Notes: a model not told the origin generated them from the sequence alone. Shown: positions 1-10,115, counted from the stretch's first letter. The stretch is 64,000 nt of DNA from a virus (IMGVR_UViG_3300043399_001190), one strand, 5' to 3'. A program made the numbers and translations.

Positions 1-270
1 CCAACCGGAATAACTGCAAATGGAACATCTAGCAGAAGCCGTGATGACAATAAAAGAAATGCTTTAATCGTCTGTAAAGCTAGAGTTGAAAGATATTTCC
101 ATAAAGACACCGAAAGATTTCTTGCAGGCAAAGAACGAATTAGAACCTACCATGAACCAGACAATAGAGTTGTCGATCATGCTAGTGGTTTCTCTGACAC
201 ATATCAGAATGTGGTAATCAAAGGCTTCATCGATGAAATGATTGAAGCCCGTGCAAAAGTTAAAAGGTAA
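1..270 (+). CDS. 3' end of an upstream gene (partial, unknown function); open frame from pos 1 to TAA at 268-270
   Basis: uninterrupted frame 1..270 ending in TAA immediately before tRNA; no start in window. Confidence 0.3.
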   Translation, partial: PTGITANGTSSRSRDDNKRNALIVCKARVERYFHKDTERFLAGKERIRTYHEPDNRVVDHASGFSDTYQNVVIKGFIDEMIEARAKVKR

Positions 271-346
271 GCGCCTGTGGCCAAGCGGTTAAGGCAGTGA
301 ACTCATAATTCATTGATCGGGGGTTCGAATCCCTCCGGGCGCACCA
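271..346 (+). tRNA. tRNA-Met (anticodon CAU; could alternatively be lysidine-modified tRNA-Ile2), CCA encoded
   Basis: cloverleaf read by eye: acceptor GCGCCTG/CGGGCGC, D-arm GCC..GGC, anticodon stem GTGAA/TTCAT with loop CTCATAA, T-arm GGGGG-TTCGAAT-CCCTC, discriminator A + CCA. Confidence 0.8.
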
Positions 347-347
347 C

Positions 348-815
348 TCATTTTACGTAAGTTAAAAAACCCCAAATTAATATTGCGGATAAAGAAAGGC
401 CTATCAGTACAGCAGCAATAATTTCAAGTGTCTCCTGTAGTTCTTTCCTTTTTCTTATTTTTAATTCCTTTTCTCTTCTCACTCTATGAGCCTCTTCGAT
501 TTCTAATGATCGTGAGCGTTCTTTAATTTTATTCCAAACATCAATTTTACCGGCTTGCATAAAGAGAAGTTGTAATTGCTTTTCAAATTCTTCGGCTTGA
601 TGTATAGCCATTTCTATTTCAATAGCGATAGACATGGAAGATTTTTTTTCATCCGCTTTTGATTCAGAAACGGCTTTCGTGGCCACAGATTTTGCATCAA
701 AGTACTTACTTAATACTGGTCCAAGAGATGTAACATCATCGACAGTTTTTGATACTTTTTTGATTAACGCGACAGCACTCTGAATGCCGGCTAATGCTGT
801 TACTGGATCTATCAT
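348..815 (-). CDS. coiled-coil protein with C-terminal transmembrane anchor, unknown function
   Basis: ORF track; K/E-rich helical sequence ending in hydrophobic LEIIAAVLIGLSLSAILIWGFL; stop abuts start of next gene (815/816). Confidence 0.5.
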   Translation of the reverse strand: MIDPVTALAGIQSAVALIKKVSKTVDDVTSLGPVLSKYFDAKSVATKAVSESKADEKKSSMSIAIEIEMAIHQAEEFEKQLQLLFMQAGKIDVWNKIKERSRSLEIEEAHRVRREKELKIRKRKELQETLEIIAAVLIGLSLSAILIWGFLTYVK

Positions 816-1433
816 TTACTTTGACAATGGATTATCCATCGCCTTCTGTATTTTATTATCTACATCTTTCATTAGAGAATCAACATCTTTTTTAACTTCT
901 CTTTTCATCGTATCAACTTCACGGCTTATCTCTCTTCTAGCATCAATAAGTTCTTTTCTGATACCATTCACTTCTGCTCTTGCTTTCTCCAAATCTTCAC
1001 GAATATCTTTTCTAGCTTGACGCATTTCATTTTCTGTTTCACGTTGAGCTTGTTTAACTGAACGTTCAATTTGTTCTGTTACTGATTCGTTTCTTCGAAT
1101 ATCACTCTTCAAATCGTTTTTGATATCTCTGGTATAGTCTGAAGTTTTTTGGCTGTTTTCTTCAATCACAGCTAATCTTTTATCAAACTCCGATAAATCG
1201 GGTGCAACATATTCAGCAATCTTCTTCTTCATTCCAATATAGTCTTTGTATACTTCAAACGCACCATAAAGACCACCTAGTATAGAAGAAACAATCGTAA
1301 AAGCTACCATTAATTTAGCAGGTGTGAACTCATACCCACCAATGCTGATTATAGTATCTTTACTTGCATATTTTTTGACGGCGGCTTCCGCTTCGTCAAT
1401 TTTTTTGTTTACGTCTTTAATTTGTTCTGTCAT
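816..1433 (-). CDS. membrane-anchored long coiled-coil protein, unknown function
   Basis: ORF track; hydrophobic segment LMVAFTIVSSILGGLYGAF then heptad-rich charged region; tightly packed with neighbours. Confidence 0.5.
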   Translation of the reverse strand: MTEQIKDVNKKIDEAEAAVKKYASKDTIISIGGYEFTPAKLMVAFTIVSSILGGLYGAFEVYKDYIGMKKKIAEYVAPDLSEFDKRLAVIEENSQKTSDYTRDIKNDLKSDIRRNESVTEQIERSVKQAQRETENEMRQARKDIREDLEKARAEVNGIRKELIDARREISREVDTMKREVKKDVDSLMKDVDNKIQKAMDNPLSK

Positions 1434-1434
1434 T

Positions 1435-3354
1435 TTAGTTCCTGTATTGTTGGTTGACCATTTGTTGATGTAATCTATCAGATGATAGTTGTCTTAATGC
1501 TCTAACATTATCTACAGTCACTTGATTTCTATAAATCTCCTCAGATTTGTATAACTGACCATCCTTGAGTGCTAAACTGATATAAGCGTTAAATCCTGCT
1601 GGATTAACAGCAATAGATGATATGTCAACTCCCCTAGATAATTCATTTGGTGTCACATTAGTTTTGACTGAAGAATCTCTTGATGAATTATTCGTTTGCA
1701 ATTGAGGTATTTGTGTAGCATTGATTGTGTTCATCAGAGGACTCACGCCCGTTAATTTTAACCCCTCAGTTTTAGGTAAATCTTCTTGTAATTTACTCAC
1801 ATCAAATTTGGTTTCGACATATGTTGTCTGCTGATTTGTGCTAAATGTTGTAGCTTGTTCCGTGTAAGATGGTAAAGACAAAGTGTAAATATTTTCTTGT
1901 CTTGTTGATGTTGGTTGTGTAGACACTATTACAAGTTGTTTTGTTGGTTGCAATCCAAATTCTTGCATCTTATTTGCAGAATTTAAACCTAGATTAGTTG
2001 TTGATGCGTTGTTACTTTGAGATGGATTTGTGGCAAACATTGAAGCAGCTTGTGAAGCAGATTGACTTTGGTTAATTGTTGCCGCACTGATAGAAATACT
2101 ATCTTTTTGTGTCTTGTCACTTATTGCTTGTGCTTGTTCGACCGCTTGTTGTACAGTGCTTGTTTCTAGATTACCAATGCGTGTCTGTTCATTTCTTACA
2201 ATTGACAATATTTGACTCACTGAAGGTCCAGAAGTTTTTGCAGCACTTCCAGATACGGTAACTTCACCAACTCTAGGTTGTGGGTTTGTAGCACTAGGTA
2301 TTGGTGTTGAGCTAGAAGTAGAATTTGTTATAGTTACTGGTGCTGAAGCACTGGTGGTAGAAGTTGTTTGTGTTGGTTGTGTCTGTGTAACTTCTGTAGG
2401 AGTAGATGTAGAAGTGGGTGCTACTGTCGTTGTTGTCGGAGCTGCAAGAGGTTCTGAGGTTGTAAAAGTGTTGACAGTAGTAACTGTTTCTGTGGGAGTT
2501 GGAATTTTAGGCGTAGGTGGTGGAGTAGGTGAACTATTTACACCCAATTCACATCTCTTGTACACGCCACCAAGTGGATCTTTACCCCAAGCTCCATTAC
2601 TACAACTATAGGTACCTGCTTGCAACTCTTTATAATCCCACGTATCGTTGGCACCATATCGAATGACAGCAGCTTTTGATAATGTGAATTCGCCGTTTTC
2701 GTCAGCCACTTTATCCCAAGAAGAGAATGTTGGTAAAGGTGGTGGAGCTACTGTGTATTGTAATCTTACATCTATATTCCTGATTTGTGGTCCGTAGTAT
2801 CCTGCCCAAAAACGATCATCTTTACCTGTAAAACTTACATTTAGATTGCCTAAATTTGAAGGTGCATATTGTGTGCCAAAATTTTGGGTGCCAGACATTG
2901 TTGTCCAACCACTTGTAGTTTGTGGCATATTGTAATTATAGCTTTGAACAGTTGCACCTAAATTGTTCGTTACACTTATATTTCCAGTCAGTGTACCTCT
3001 ACTGTAATCTTGATTGAAATATTGCCAAGAATATTTAAAACCAGATACCTGTATGCCTGTTCCCGCATTAGCGAGTGCAAAATTTATAGCAGTGTTGTAA
3101 GCCACCGTTTGTTGCGTATAACCAAACACAAAAGTTCCAGTGCTTGAATTATATGCTGGCATATTGCCACCAGACAAGCCTCCTCCACCAGTATTTAAAT
3201 TTATAAATCCATTCCAATTGAATGGTGCGCCTGGCGGAGGAGGATTCAGTGTTGTATATACTATATTGTCAGTAAGTTCTTGACTTTTACTTGAAGAGGT
3301 TGTAAACAACCAAGCCAAGCAAACTACCAAGCCCAATATTTTTGTAAATTTCAT
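1435..3354 (-). CDS. secreted/surface protein: signal peptide, N-terminal Gly/Asn/Thr-rich domain, Thr/Pro-rich mucin-like linker, C-terminal domain
   Basis: N-term MKFTKILGLVVCLAWLFTTSSS signal peptide; RBS GGAAGT before ATG at 3354; linker SSPTPPPTPKIPTPTETVTT...; start overlaps 3' end of upstream gene by 68 nt in another frame. Confidence 0.55.
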   Translation of the reverse strand: MKFTKILGLVVCLAWLFTTSSSKSQELTDNIVYTTLNPPPPGAPFNWNGFINLNTGGGGLSGGNMPAYNSSTGTFVFGYTQQTVAYNTAINFALANAGTGIQVSGFKYSWQYFNQDYSRGTLTGNISVTNNLGATVQSYNYNMPQTTSGWTTMSGTQNFGTQYAPSNLGNLNVSFTGKDDRFWAGYYGPQIRNIDVRLQYTVAPPPLPTFSSWDKVADENGEFTLSKAAVIRYGANDTWDYKELQAGTYSCSNGAWGKDPLGGVYKRCELGVNSSPTPPPTPKIPTPTETVTTVNTFTTSEPLAAPTTTTVAPTSTSTPTEVTQTQPTQTTSTTSASAPVTITNSTSSSTPIPSATNPQPRVGEVTVSGSAAKTSGPSVSQILSIVRNEQTRIGNLETSTVQQAVEQAQAISDKTQKDSISISAATINQSQSASQAASMFATNPSQSNNASTTNLGLNSANKMQEFGLQPTKQLVIVSTQPTSTRQENIYTLSLPSYTEQATTFSTNQQTTYVETKFDVSKLQEDLPKTEGLKLTGVSPLMNTINATQIPQLQTNNSSRDSSVKTNVTPNELSRGVDISSIAVNPAGFNAYISLALKDGQLYKSEEIYRNQVTVDNVRALRQLSSDRLHQQMVNQQYRN

Positions 3355-4426
3355 TTTTTACTTCCGGTGCGTGTTTAGGAATTTTGTCTGGATTTTGTTC
3401 CCAGAACATTTTCGCTTGTTCTCCTATCTTACCCTCATAAGGGCAAGGAGTACCAGCGGCCATCATAGCATCAAACACGCGACGATCTTGGCACATGGTT
3501 GCAACAGCGGCAACCTTCATACCCATATCGTACAGAGTTTTACTAAGCTTTAAACGTTCACAGTTTAAATCTCTCACTGTTCCACCAGAACTAACACCAA
3601 AAATTTGTGTTTGTACAGCACCACTAGATCCTGTTGTACATAAGTCATTGTTTCCACCACTCATCATTGTTGGAGCAATTGCAGTAGGAGGTGGCTGAAT
3701 AACCTTCTGAGTGATTTCCGAAGTATTCAAATTGTTGTTGGTCATTGAACCACTTTGAATATTCTGATTCACATTGTTATTTGTTGAAGAACTTGTACTT
3801 GTATTATTATTGTTGTTTACATTACTGCTTGTACTTGAACTCACATTATTATTATTAAATGTCTGAGTACCAGAATTAATATTTGTATTCACGTTGTTAT
3901 TGGTGCTGGTACTGGTATTATTTGTATTCAGTGTTTGTGTACCAGAATTTACATTATAATTTGTATTACTGTTTGTACTTGTGCTTGTACTATTATTGTT
4001 GAATGTTTGAGTGCCCGAATTAATTTGATTCACGGTACTTGTGCTTGTGTTGACATTATTATTATTAAATGTCTGAGTACCAGAATTCACATTGTTATTG
4101 TTATATGTCATGGTACCTGAATTGACATTATTATTATTAAATGTCTGAGTACCAGAATTCACATTATTGTTATTGTTTGTATAAGTTACGGAACCACTCA
4201 TAACATTATTGTTGTTATTTGTTATAGTTCCATTTGTTGTAACCGTACTTGTACTAGTGCTAGTACTGTTAGTTGTGCTGGAGTTTGTAGTGTTTACTGT
4301 GCTGGTGCTAGTGGAATTATTATTAGTATCCACCAAAGTTGTCGAGTCATAGGTTGTTTGAGCAACACTAATTGATGTAATCATAGCAAAAAGCACCAAA
4401 AGCGGTGTCTTTTTGAATGACATTTT
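3287..4426 (-). CDS. secreted Asn/Ser/Thr-rich tandem-repeat protein with Cys-containing C-terminal domain
   Basis: track ORF 3287..4600 but likely start is internal MSFKKTPLLVLFAMITSISVA (signal peptide) at 4426 preceded by AAAGAGGTAAAA RBS; repeats VNSGTQTFNNNN. Confidence 0.5.
   Translation of the reverse strand, partial: KMSFKKTPLLVLFAMITSISVAQTTYDSTTLVDTNNNSTSTSTVNTTNSSTTNSTSTSTSTVTTNGTITNNNNNVMSGSVTYTNNNNNVNSGTQTFNNNNVNSGTMTYNNNNVNSGTQTFNNNNVNTSTSTVNQINSGTQTFNNNSTSTSTNSNTNYNVNSGTQTLNTNNTSTSTNNNVNTNINSGTQTFNNNNVSSSTSSNVNNNNNTSTSSSTNNNVNQNIQSGSMTNNNLNTSEITQKVIQPPPTAIAPTMMSGGNNDLCTTGSSGAVQTQIFGVSSGGTVRDLNCERLKLSKTLYDMGMKVAAVATMCQDRRVFDAMMAAGTPCPYEGKIGEQAKMFWEQNPDKIPKHAPEVKNEIYKNIGLGSLLGLVVYNLFK
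3700..4330. repeat. imperfect tandem DNA repeats (~60-66 nt units) inside the N/S/T-rich protein gene
   Basis: near-identical copies of attattattaaatgtctgagtaccagaattcacatt at ~3838, ~4059, ~4125 and related units. Confidence 0.7.
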
Positions 4427-4452
4427 TACCTCTTTCTTGCTATTTTTAGGTT

Positions 4453-4487
4453 GATATTTTCTTGGTTTATGATATAATGGAGTCTTA
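4453..4487 (+). promoter_or_regulatory. sigma70-type promoter (TTGATA-16-TATAAT) in divergent intergenic region
   Basis: ttgatattttcttggtttatgatataat read directly; sits between minus-strand block and plus-strand replication block. Confidence 0.55.
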
Positions 4488-4511
4488 TTATTTATGTCCT
4501 GGAGAAATAAA

Positions 4512-4823
4512 ATGGCAAATATTAGAGGAATTAAATTGGTAACGGGTGAGGAAGTTATTTCCGAGGTAATCATCCAGCCAGATGGTAGATTCTTACTCAA
4601 GAATCCTGTGCAGCTAAGGATGGTTCCACCACAGATTGCAGGTAGCCAGCCATCTATGGGCTTTGTTCCTTTCCCAGCCTTCGGCAGTCAAGGTGAAAAT
4701 ATATTTGTAGAACCACTACATATAGTGTACAATTACACTCCTGACGAACAAATCGTTTCAAATTACAACCAAATGTTCGGTGCAGGCATCATCACCCCAT
4801 CTAAACAAATTATAACTGGATAA
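4512..4823 (+). CDS. hypothetical protein upstream of DNA polymerase
   Basis: track ORF 4494..4823; start moved to MANIRG (GGAGA RBS); stop overlaps pol start (TAATG). Confidence 0.45.
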   Translation: MANIRGIKLVTGEEVISEVIIQPDGRFLLKNPVQLRMVPPQIAGSQPSMGFVPFPAFGSQGENIFVEPLHIVYNYTPDEQIVSNYNQMFGAGIITPSKQIITG

Positions 4824-7354
4824 TGAATTTTTACACAAACGTACAATGTATTGGCAACAACATCTTTTACCGTGGTGTTCTCGACGGTAAAAGAATCAAA
4901 ACTAAGATACCTTATCAGCCAACACTTTATGAAAAATCGAGAAGTGTGAAAAACTTCACATCACTTGAGGGCGACTATCTTATGCCCATCAAGTTTGGTT
5001 CAATTCGTGAAGCAAAAGAATACCTGAGACAGTTTGAAAATGTCTCGGGTAAAACCATTTATGGTCAAAACAGATTCGAATATGCATTTATCGGTGAACA
5101 ACATAAAGGTATGGTTGAATGGGATTTCGATCAAGTAATGATTGGCGTACTTGATATTGAGGTCGGCTCAGAAAATGGTTTCCCTGATCCTTATGAAGCA
5201 AATGAACCAATTACAGCCATTGCATTGAAATATGTTGGCGGTCACATGTTTGTTTGGGGTTGCGGAGACTATAACACAAAAGGTGATGAAAGATATCTGA
5301 AGTGTAAAGATGAATATCAACTGTTGAAGCTTTTCTTGAAATTCTGGCAAGAAAAATGTCCAGATGCACTGACTGGTTGGAACACGAAGTTCTTCGACGT
5401 GCCTTATTTGGTGAACCGCATTCGTAAAATTCTCGGTGAAGATGAAGCTAAAAAGCTTTCTCCTTGGAATATGATATCTCAAAGAGAAGCCTTTGTTATG
5501 AACCGAAAACTTGTGGTTTACGACTTGGTTGGTATCGGTGATTTTGACTACATGGAACTATACAAGTGGTATGCTCCTGGTGGTAAATCACAAGAATCGT
5601 ATCGACTAGACAACATCGCAAATGTTGAAATTGGTGAAAAGAAACTCGACTATTCTGAATATGATTCTCTACATCAACTTTACAAACTAGACTATCAAAA
5701 GTTTATTGAATATAACATCAAAGACGTTGAACTGATTCTTCGACTTGATGATAAACTGAAGTTGCTGGAACTTGGTTTGACTCTTGCTTATGATACCAAA
5801 ACAAATTACGATGATGTATTTGCACAAACACGCATGTGGGATGCACTGACATACAATCATTTGATGGAGCGTAAAATTGTTGTTCCACCAAGAATCATTA
5901 AAGAGAAAGATGCCGCTTTCGAAGGTGCTTACGTTAAAGAACCTCAAGTTGGTCAACACGAATGGGTTGCAAGTTTTGACTTGAATTCTCTGTATCCTCA
6001 CTTGATGATGCAATACAATATTTCACCAGAAACGTTGATTGAACCTGAAGATTATAATGAAGCAATGAGAGAAGTTCTTTCACAAGGTGTTTCTGTTGAA
6101 AAACTCTTGAACTGTCAAGTTGACACCTCAAGTTTGGTCAATGTAACTCTCACACCGAACGGTCAATTTTTCCGCACAGATATTCAAGGCTTTCTTCCGA
6201 AGATGATGGAAGAAATGTATGAAGATCGTAAGAAATTTAAAAAGTTGATGATTCAGGCTAAGAAAGAATACGAGGTAGAAAAAGATGCATCGAAAAAATA
6301 CGAAATTGAAAAGCGTATTGCCAGATACAACAATCTGCAACTCGCAAAAAAGGTCTCTCTCAATTCTGCTTATGGCGCTTTGGGTTCTCAGTATTTTAGA
6401 TTTTACGACCTACGGATGGCTTTGGGTGTCACTACTGCTGGCCAGTTATCTATTCGTTGGATTGAAAATGCTCTCAACAAATACATGAACGGTCTTTTGA
6501 AGACTGAAACTGATTATGTGATTGCATCGGATACTGATTCGATTTACTTGCGCCTTGGTGAATTGGTTAAAAAAGTGTATGGTACAAAAGATGGTATCTC
6601 TTTACCGAAAGAGAAAATTATCGACTTCATGGACAAAGTTTGTGAAGATAAAATTCAACCATTCATTGATAAGTCTTATAAAGAGTTGGCTGATTATGTA
6701 CATGCATTTGCACAAAAGATGCAAATGAAACGTGAAGCTTTGGCCGACAAAGGTATTTGGACTGCCAAAAAGCGTTACATCATGCATGTGTATGACAATG
6801 AGGGTGTTCGTTACTCTGAACCTGAAATGAAAGTCATGGGTTTGGAAATGATTAAGTCATCCACTCCTGCACCCGTGCGCGAGAAGATGAAAGATGCACT
6901 TCAAATTATGATGAAAGGTACAGAAAGTGATATTCACAATTTCATATCTTCATTCAAGGATGAATTTAAAAATCTTGCTGTCGAAGATATTTCTTTCCCG
7001 AGAGGTATCAACGGATTGAAAGAGTATGGTGATCGAACCACAATTTACAAAAAAGGTACACCAATTCATGTGAAAGGTGCATTACTATATAATTATTATC
7101 TACTTGAAAAAGATTTGTCAAAAAAATATCCACTGATCCAAGAAGGTGAGAAAATCAAATTTACCTATTTGAAGAAACCCAACCCCTTCAAAGATACCGT
7201 AATCTCATTTCCTGGTAGACTTCCTCCGGAATTTGACATTCAAGAATTTATCGATTATGATATGCAATTCGAAAAAACTTTCCTTGATCCGATTAAGGTT
7301 ATTTTGGATTGTATGAATTGGACAACAGAGAGAAAAAATACTCTCTTCGATTGA
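4823..7354 (+). CDS. 43: DNA polymerase, family B (T4 gp43-like) with 3'-5' exonuclease domain
   Basis: 843 aa; motifs FDLNSLYPHLM (motif A DxxSLYPS) and IASDTDSIYL (motif C YGDTDS), exo motif region; T4-like synteny with uvsX/41. Confidence 0.92.
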   Translation: MNFYTNVQCIGNNIFYRGVLDGKRIKTKIPYQPTLYEKSRSVKNFTSLEGDYLMPIKFGSIREAKEYLRQFENVSGKTIYGQNRFEYAFIGEQHKGMVEWDFDQVMIGVLDIEVGSENGFPDPYEANEPITAIALKYVGGHMFVWGCGDYNTKGDERYLKCKDEYQLLKLFLKFWQEKCPDALTGWNTKFFDVPYLVNRIRKILGEDEAKKLSPWNMISQREAFVMNRKLVVYDLVGIGDFDYMELYKWYAPGGKSQESYRLDNIANVEIGEKKLDYSEYDSLHQLYKLDYQKFIEYNIKDVELILRLDDKLKLLELGLTLAYDTKTNYDDVFAQTRMWDALTYNHLMERKIVVPPRIIKEKDAAFEGAYVKEPQVGQHEWVASFDLNSLYPHLMMQYNISPETLIEPEDYNEAMREVLSQGVSVEKLLNCQVDTSSLVNVTLTPNGQFFRTDIQGFLPKMMEEMYEDRKKFKKLMIQAKKEYEVEKDASKKYEIEKRIARYNNLQLAKKVSLNSAYGALGSQYFRFYDLRMALGVTTAGQLSIRWIENALNKYMNGLLKTETDYVIASDTDSIYLRLGELVKKVYGTKDGISLPKEKIIDFMDKVCEDKIQPFIDKSYKELADYVHAFAQKMQMKREALADKGIWTAKKRYIMHVYDNEGVRYSEPEMKVMGLEMIKSSTPAPVREKMKDALQIMMKGTESDIHNFISSFKDEFKNLAVEDISFPRGINGLKEYGDRTTIYKKGTPIHVKGALLYNYYLLEKDLSKKYPLIQEGEKIKFTYLKKPNPFKDTVISFPGRLPPEFDIQEFIDYDMQFEKTFLDPIKVILDCMNWTTERKNTLFD

Positions 7355-7365
7355 AAAGGAATAAT

Positions 7366-8418
7366 ATGAGCATACTTGAGAAAATCAAAAAAAATAGCAG
7401 CATCAAAGATTCAGCCATTCTGGCTAAATCTAAATTTTTCACTGATAAAGATATGATTCCCACTGCCGTGCCGGCGGTAAACATTGCTTTGTCTGGACGC
7501 CTAGATGGGGGTCTAACTCCAGGTCTAACAATGTGGGCGGGACCTTCAAAGCATTTCAAAACCGCATTTTCGCTTTTGATGGCTAAATCCTATCTAGACA
7601 AATATCCAGAATCCGCACTTTTGTTTTATGATTCTGAGTTTGGTACACCACAAGCGTATTTCGATACGTTTGGCATTGATGCAAATCGTGTGTTACATAC
7701 TCCTATCATGGATATTGAACAACTAAAATTTGACATTATGAATCAATTAACAAATCTAGAACGGGGTGATCGTCTAATCATTGTTATTGATTCTATTGGT
7801 AACTTGGCTTCGAAAAAGGAAGTTGAAGATGCTTTGGATCAAAAATCTGTGGCAGATATGAGTCGAGCAAAACAAGTCAAGAGTTTGTTCCGAATGGTTA
7901 CACCACACTTGACAATGAAAGACATTCCAATGGTTGTTGTCAATCATACGTATAAAGAAATTGGAATGTTCCCGAAAGATATCGTCGGTGGTGGAACCGG
8001 TTCTTATTATTCCGCCGATAACATTTTTATTCTTGGTCGTCAGCAAGAAAAAGATGGTACAGAAATTACTGGCTACAATTTTATAATCAATGTAGAAAAG
8101 TCACGCTATGTCAAAGAAAAATCTAAAATACCTGTTAATGTATCTTTTGGTGGTGGCATTAACAAGTGGTCTGGTCTACTTGATATTGCACTTGAATCTG
8201 GGCATGTTATTAAACCTAGCAATGGTTGGTATTCAAAAGTAAACATGGAAACAGGTGAAGTTGAAGATAAAAAATATAGAGAAAAAGATACAAATACTTC
8301 CGAATTTTGGTTGCCTATCTTGAAGCAAAAATCCTTCAGAGATTTTGTTGAAACGAAATATCGTGTTACCAATTCCGAAATTATTCAAGAACAGGATGAA
8401 GAAGATGAAACCGTTTAA
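7366..8418 (+). CDS. uvsX: UvsX RecA-like recombinase
   Basis: near-colinear similarity to T4 UvsX recalled from memory (NIALSG..AGPSK.FK, FYDSEFG, IDSLGNLASKKE, VNHTY, NVEKSR.VKEKSK); start set at MSILEK rather than track 7309. Confidence 0.93.
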   Translation: MSILEKIKKNSSIKDSAILAKSKFFTDKDMIPTAVPAVNIALSGRLDGGLTPGLTMWAGPSKHFKTAFSLLMAKSYLDKYPESALLFYDSEFGTPQAYFDTFGIDANRVLHTPIMDIEQLKFDIMNQLTNLERGDRLIIVIDSIGNLASKKEVEDALDQKSVADMSRAKQVKSLFRMVTPHLTMKDIPMVVVNHTYKEIGMFPKDIVGGGTGSYYSADNIFILGRQQEKDGTEITGYNFIINVEKSRYVKEKSKIPVNVSFGGGINKWSGLLDIALESGHVIKPSNGWYSKVNMETGEVEDKKYREKDTNTSEFWLPILKQKSFRDFVETKYRVTNSEIIQEQDEEDETV

Positions 8419-8737
8419 GGAAGGTGTTGACTTTGTTTACGAAATTCCAAAGACAGAAGATACAACAGTTGGAATTAAAATTATCAGAGGAGAATATTCT
8501 GATACCATTTACCAATATGGTAAAGTGAAATTTGAAGAAGAGTCTGATGGTGCCATTTATCTGAGATTCGTTTATAATGTCTTAGAATCTCCTTTAGATA
8601 AGGAGGAACTAGAAAAGAGTTCGCAGTTCAAAGACTATATCGGCGATATTCTAGTTAATATTATCTCAGCAAATTTGGACAAAGGATTGATTGATGAGGC
8701 TGGAACAGACTATTCTGAAGAACCTGATTCACAATGA
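8396..8737 (+). CDS. hypothetical protein in the position of T4 gene 40
   Basis: track ORF 8345..8737; internal ATG at 8396/8405 overlaps uvsX stop; overlaps 41 start by 46 nt. Confidence 0.4.
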   Translation: MKKMKPFKEGVDFVYEIPKTEDTTVGIKIIRGEYSDTIYQYGKVKFEEESDGAIYLRFVYNVLESPLDKEELEKSSQFKDYIGDILVNIISANLDKGLIDEAGTDYSEEPDSQ

Positions 8738-10094
8738 GGAATTTTTGAGGAAAGTTTTACCTTTCCTCAAAGAGGATTATTTCAATGATCGAACAGAAAA
8801 AGTTATTTTTAAAGAAATAACTGAGTTCACAAATCAATATAATAATTCACCAACAACGGAAGCTTTGGGTTTATCTCTGAAAGATAAGCGCAATCTAACA
8901 AGCGATGAGGTTGAAAAATGTGATGCCGTTCTAAAAGATTTGGCAATTGCACCGGTCGAAAAAACACAAATTCAATGGTTGATTGATAAGACGGAAAAAT
9001 TTTGCCAAGAAAAGGCAATTTACAATGCAGTTCTGGGTTCAATTTCTATTCTAGACGGTAAAGATAAAAGTCAAGACAAAGGTTCTATTCCTAAAATTTT
9101 GTCAGATGCACTTGCTGTCAGTTTCGATTCGTCGGTCGGTCATGATTATTTGGAAGATTATGATGAGCGTTATGATTTTTATCATCGAAAAGAGGAAAGA
9201 ATTCCTTTTGATTTGGAATACTTCAATAAGATAACCAAGGGTGGATTGCCTGCGAAGACTTTGAATATTGCTCTTGCTGGTACTGGTGTTGGTAAATCTC
9301 TTTTCATGTGTCATGTTGCCGCAGGTTGTATGACACAAGGTAAAAATGTATTGTATATTACACTTGAAATGGCTGAAGAGAAAATTGCCGAGAGGATTGA
9401 TGCGAACCTACTGAATGTTTCCGTCGATGATCTTATGCAATTGACTAAAGATATGTATGATAAAAAAGTCAAGCGTGTCAAAGAAATGACGACAGGTAAA
9501 CTTATTATCAAAGAGTATCCAACAGCCTCGGCTTCGTCCATACATTTTAGGACACTTTTAAATGAACTCAACCTCAAAAGGAACTTTGTTCCGGACATTA
9601 TTTTCATTGACTATCTTAATATTTGTTGTAGTGCAAGAATCAAAGCCGGAGCAAACGTTAATTCTTACACCTACGTTAAAGCCATCGCCGAAGAATTGCG
9701 AGGTCTTGCGGTTGAATTCGGAGTACCAATTGTTTCTGCGACACAAACAACAAGAAGTGGTTATACTTCTTCAGACCCAGGATTGGAAGACACAAGTGAA
9801 TCTTTTGGTTTGCCAGCAACCGCAGATTTGATGTTTGCACTCATTTCTTCCGAAGAAATGGAAGCACTCAATCAAATTATGGTCAAGCAGTTGAAGAATC
9901 GTTATTCTGATCCAACACAATACAAAAGATTCGTCTTGGGTATTGACAGGTCGAAAATGAGACTATATGATGTTGAACAGGATGCACAATATGGTATTGC
10001 GGATTCTGGTAAACAAGTGCAGGACAAACCTTTAAACACATTTGGAATGAGGGAAATGAAGCCGAAAAATAAATTTGCAGGAATTAAAGTATAA
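8691..10094 (+). CDS. 41: replicative DNA helicase (T4 gp41, DnaB family)
   Basis: strong similarity to T4 gp41 recalled from memory (VSFDSSVGHDYLEDYDERY, Walker A AGTGVGKS, LYITLEMAEE, KNFVPDIIFIDYL). Confidence 0.93.
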   Translation: MMRLEQTILKNLIHNEEFLRKVLPFLKEDYFNDRTEKVIFKEITEFTNQYNNSPTTEALGLSLKDKRNLTSDEVEKCDAVLKDLAIAPVEKTQIQWLIDKTEKFCQEKAIYNAVLGSISILDGKDKSQDKGSIPKILSDALAVSFDSSVGHDYLEDYDERYDFYHRKEERIPFDLEYFNKITKGGLPAKTLNIALAGTGVGKSLFMCHVAAGCMTQGKNVLYITLEMAEEKIAERIDANLLNVSVDDLMQLTKDMYDKKVKRVKEMTTGKLIIKEYPTASASSIHFRTLLNELNLKRNFVPDIIFIDYLNICCSARIKAGANVNSYTYVKAIAEELRGLAVEFGVPIVSATQTTRSGYTSSDPGLEDTSESFGLPATADLMFALISSEEMEALNQIMVKQLKNRYSDPTQYKRFVLGIDRSKMRLYDVEQDAQYGIADSGKQVQDKPLNTFGMREMKPKNKFAGIKV

Positions 10095-10115
10095 ATACTT
10101 TAATTTAGGGGTATT

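Noticed and set aside
2354-2611. Plus-strand ORF VGCVCV... inside 1435..3354
   Set aside because: Antisense low-complexity read of the Thr/Pro linker; no RBS.
3935-4120. Cys-rich plus-strand ORF inside the N/S/T repeat gene
   Set aside because: Antisense reading of tandem repeats (aca/tgt codons); repeat-derived artefact.
271-4426. tRNA followed by opposite-strand block: could this be a prophage attachment site / host flank?
   Set aside because: No integrase, excisionase or repeat of the tRNA 3' end seen. Downstream genes are T4-type lytic replication genes. T4-like phages commonly carry tRNAs. Treated as phage tRNA.
9102-9831. Several minus- and plus-strand 60-100-aa ORFs inside gp41
   Set aside because: Entirely nested in the well-supported helicase gene; no signals.
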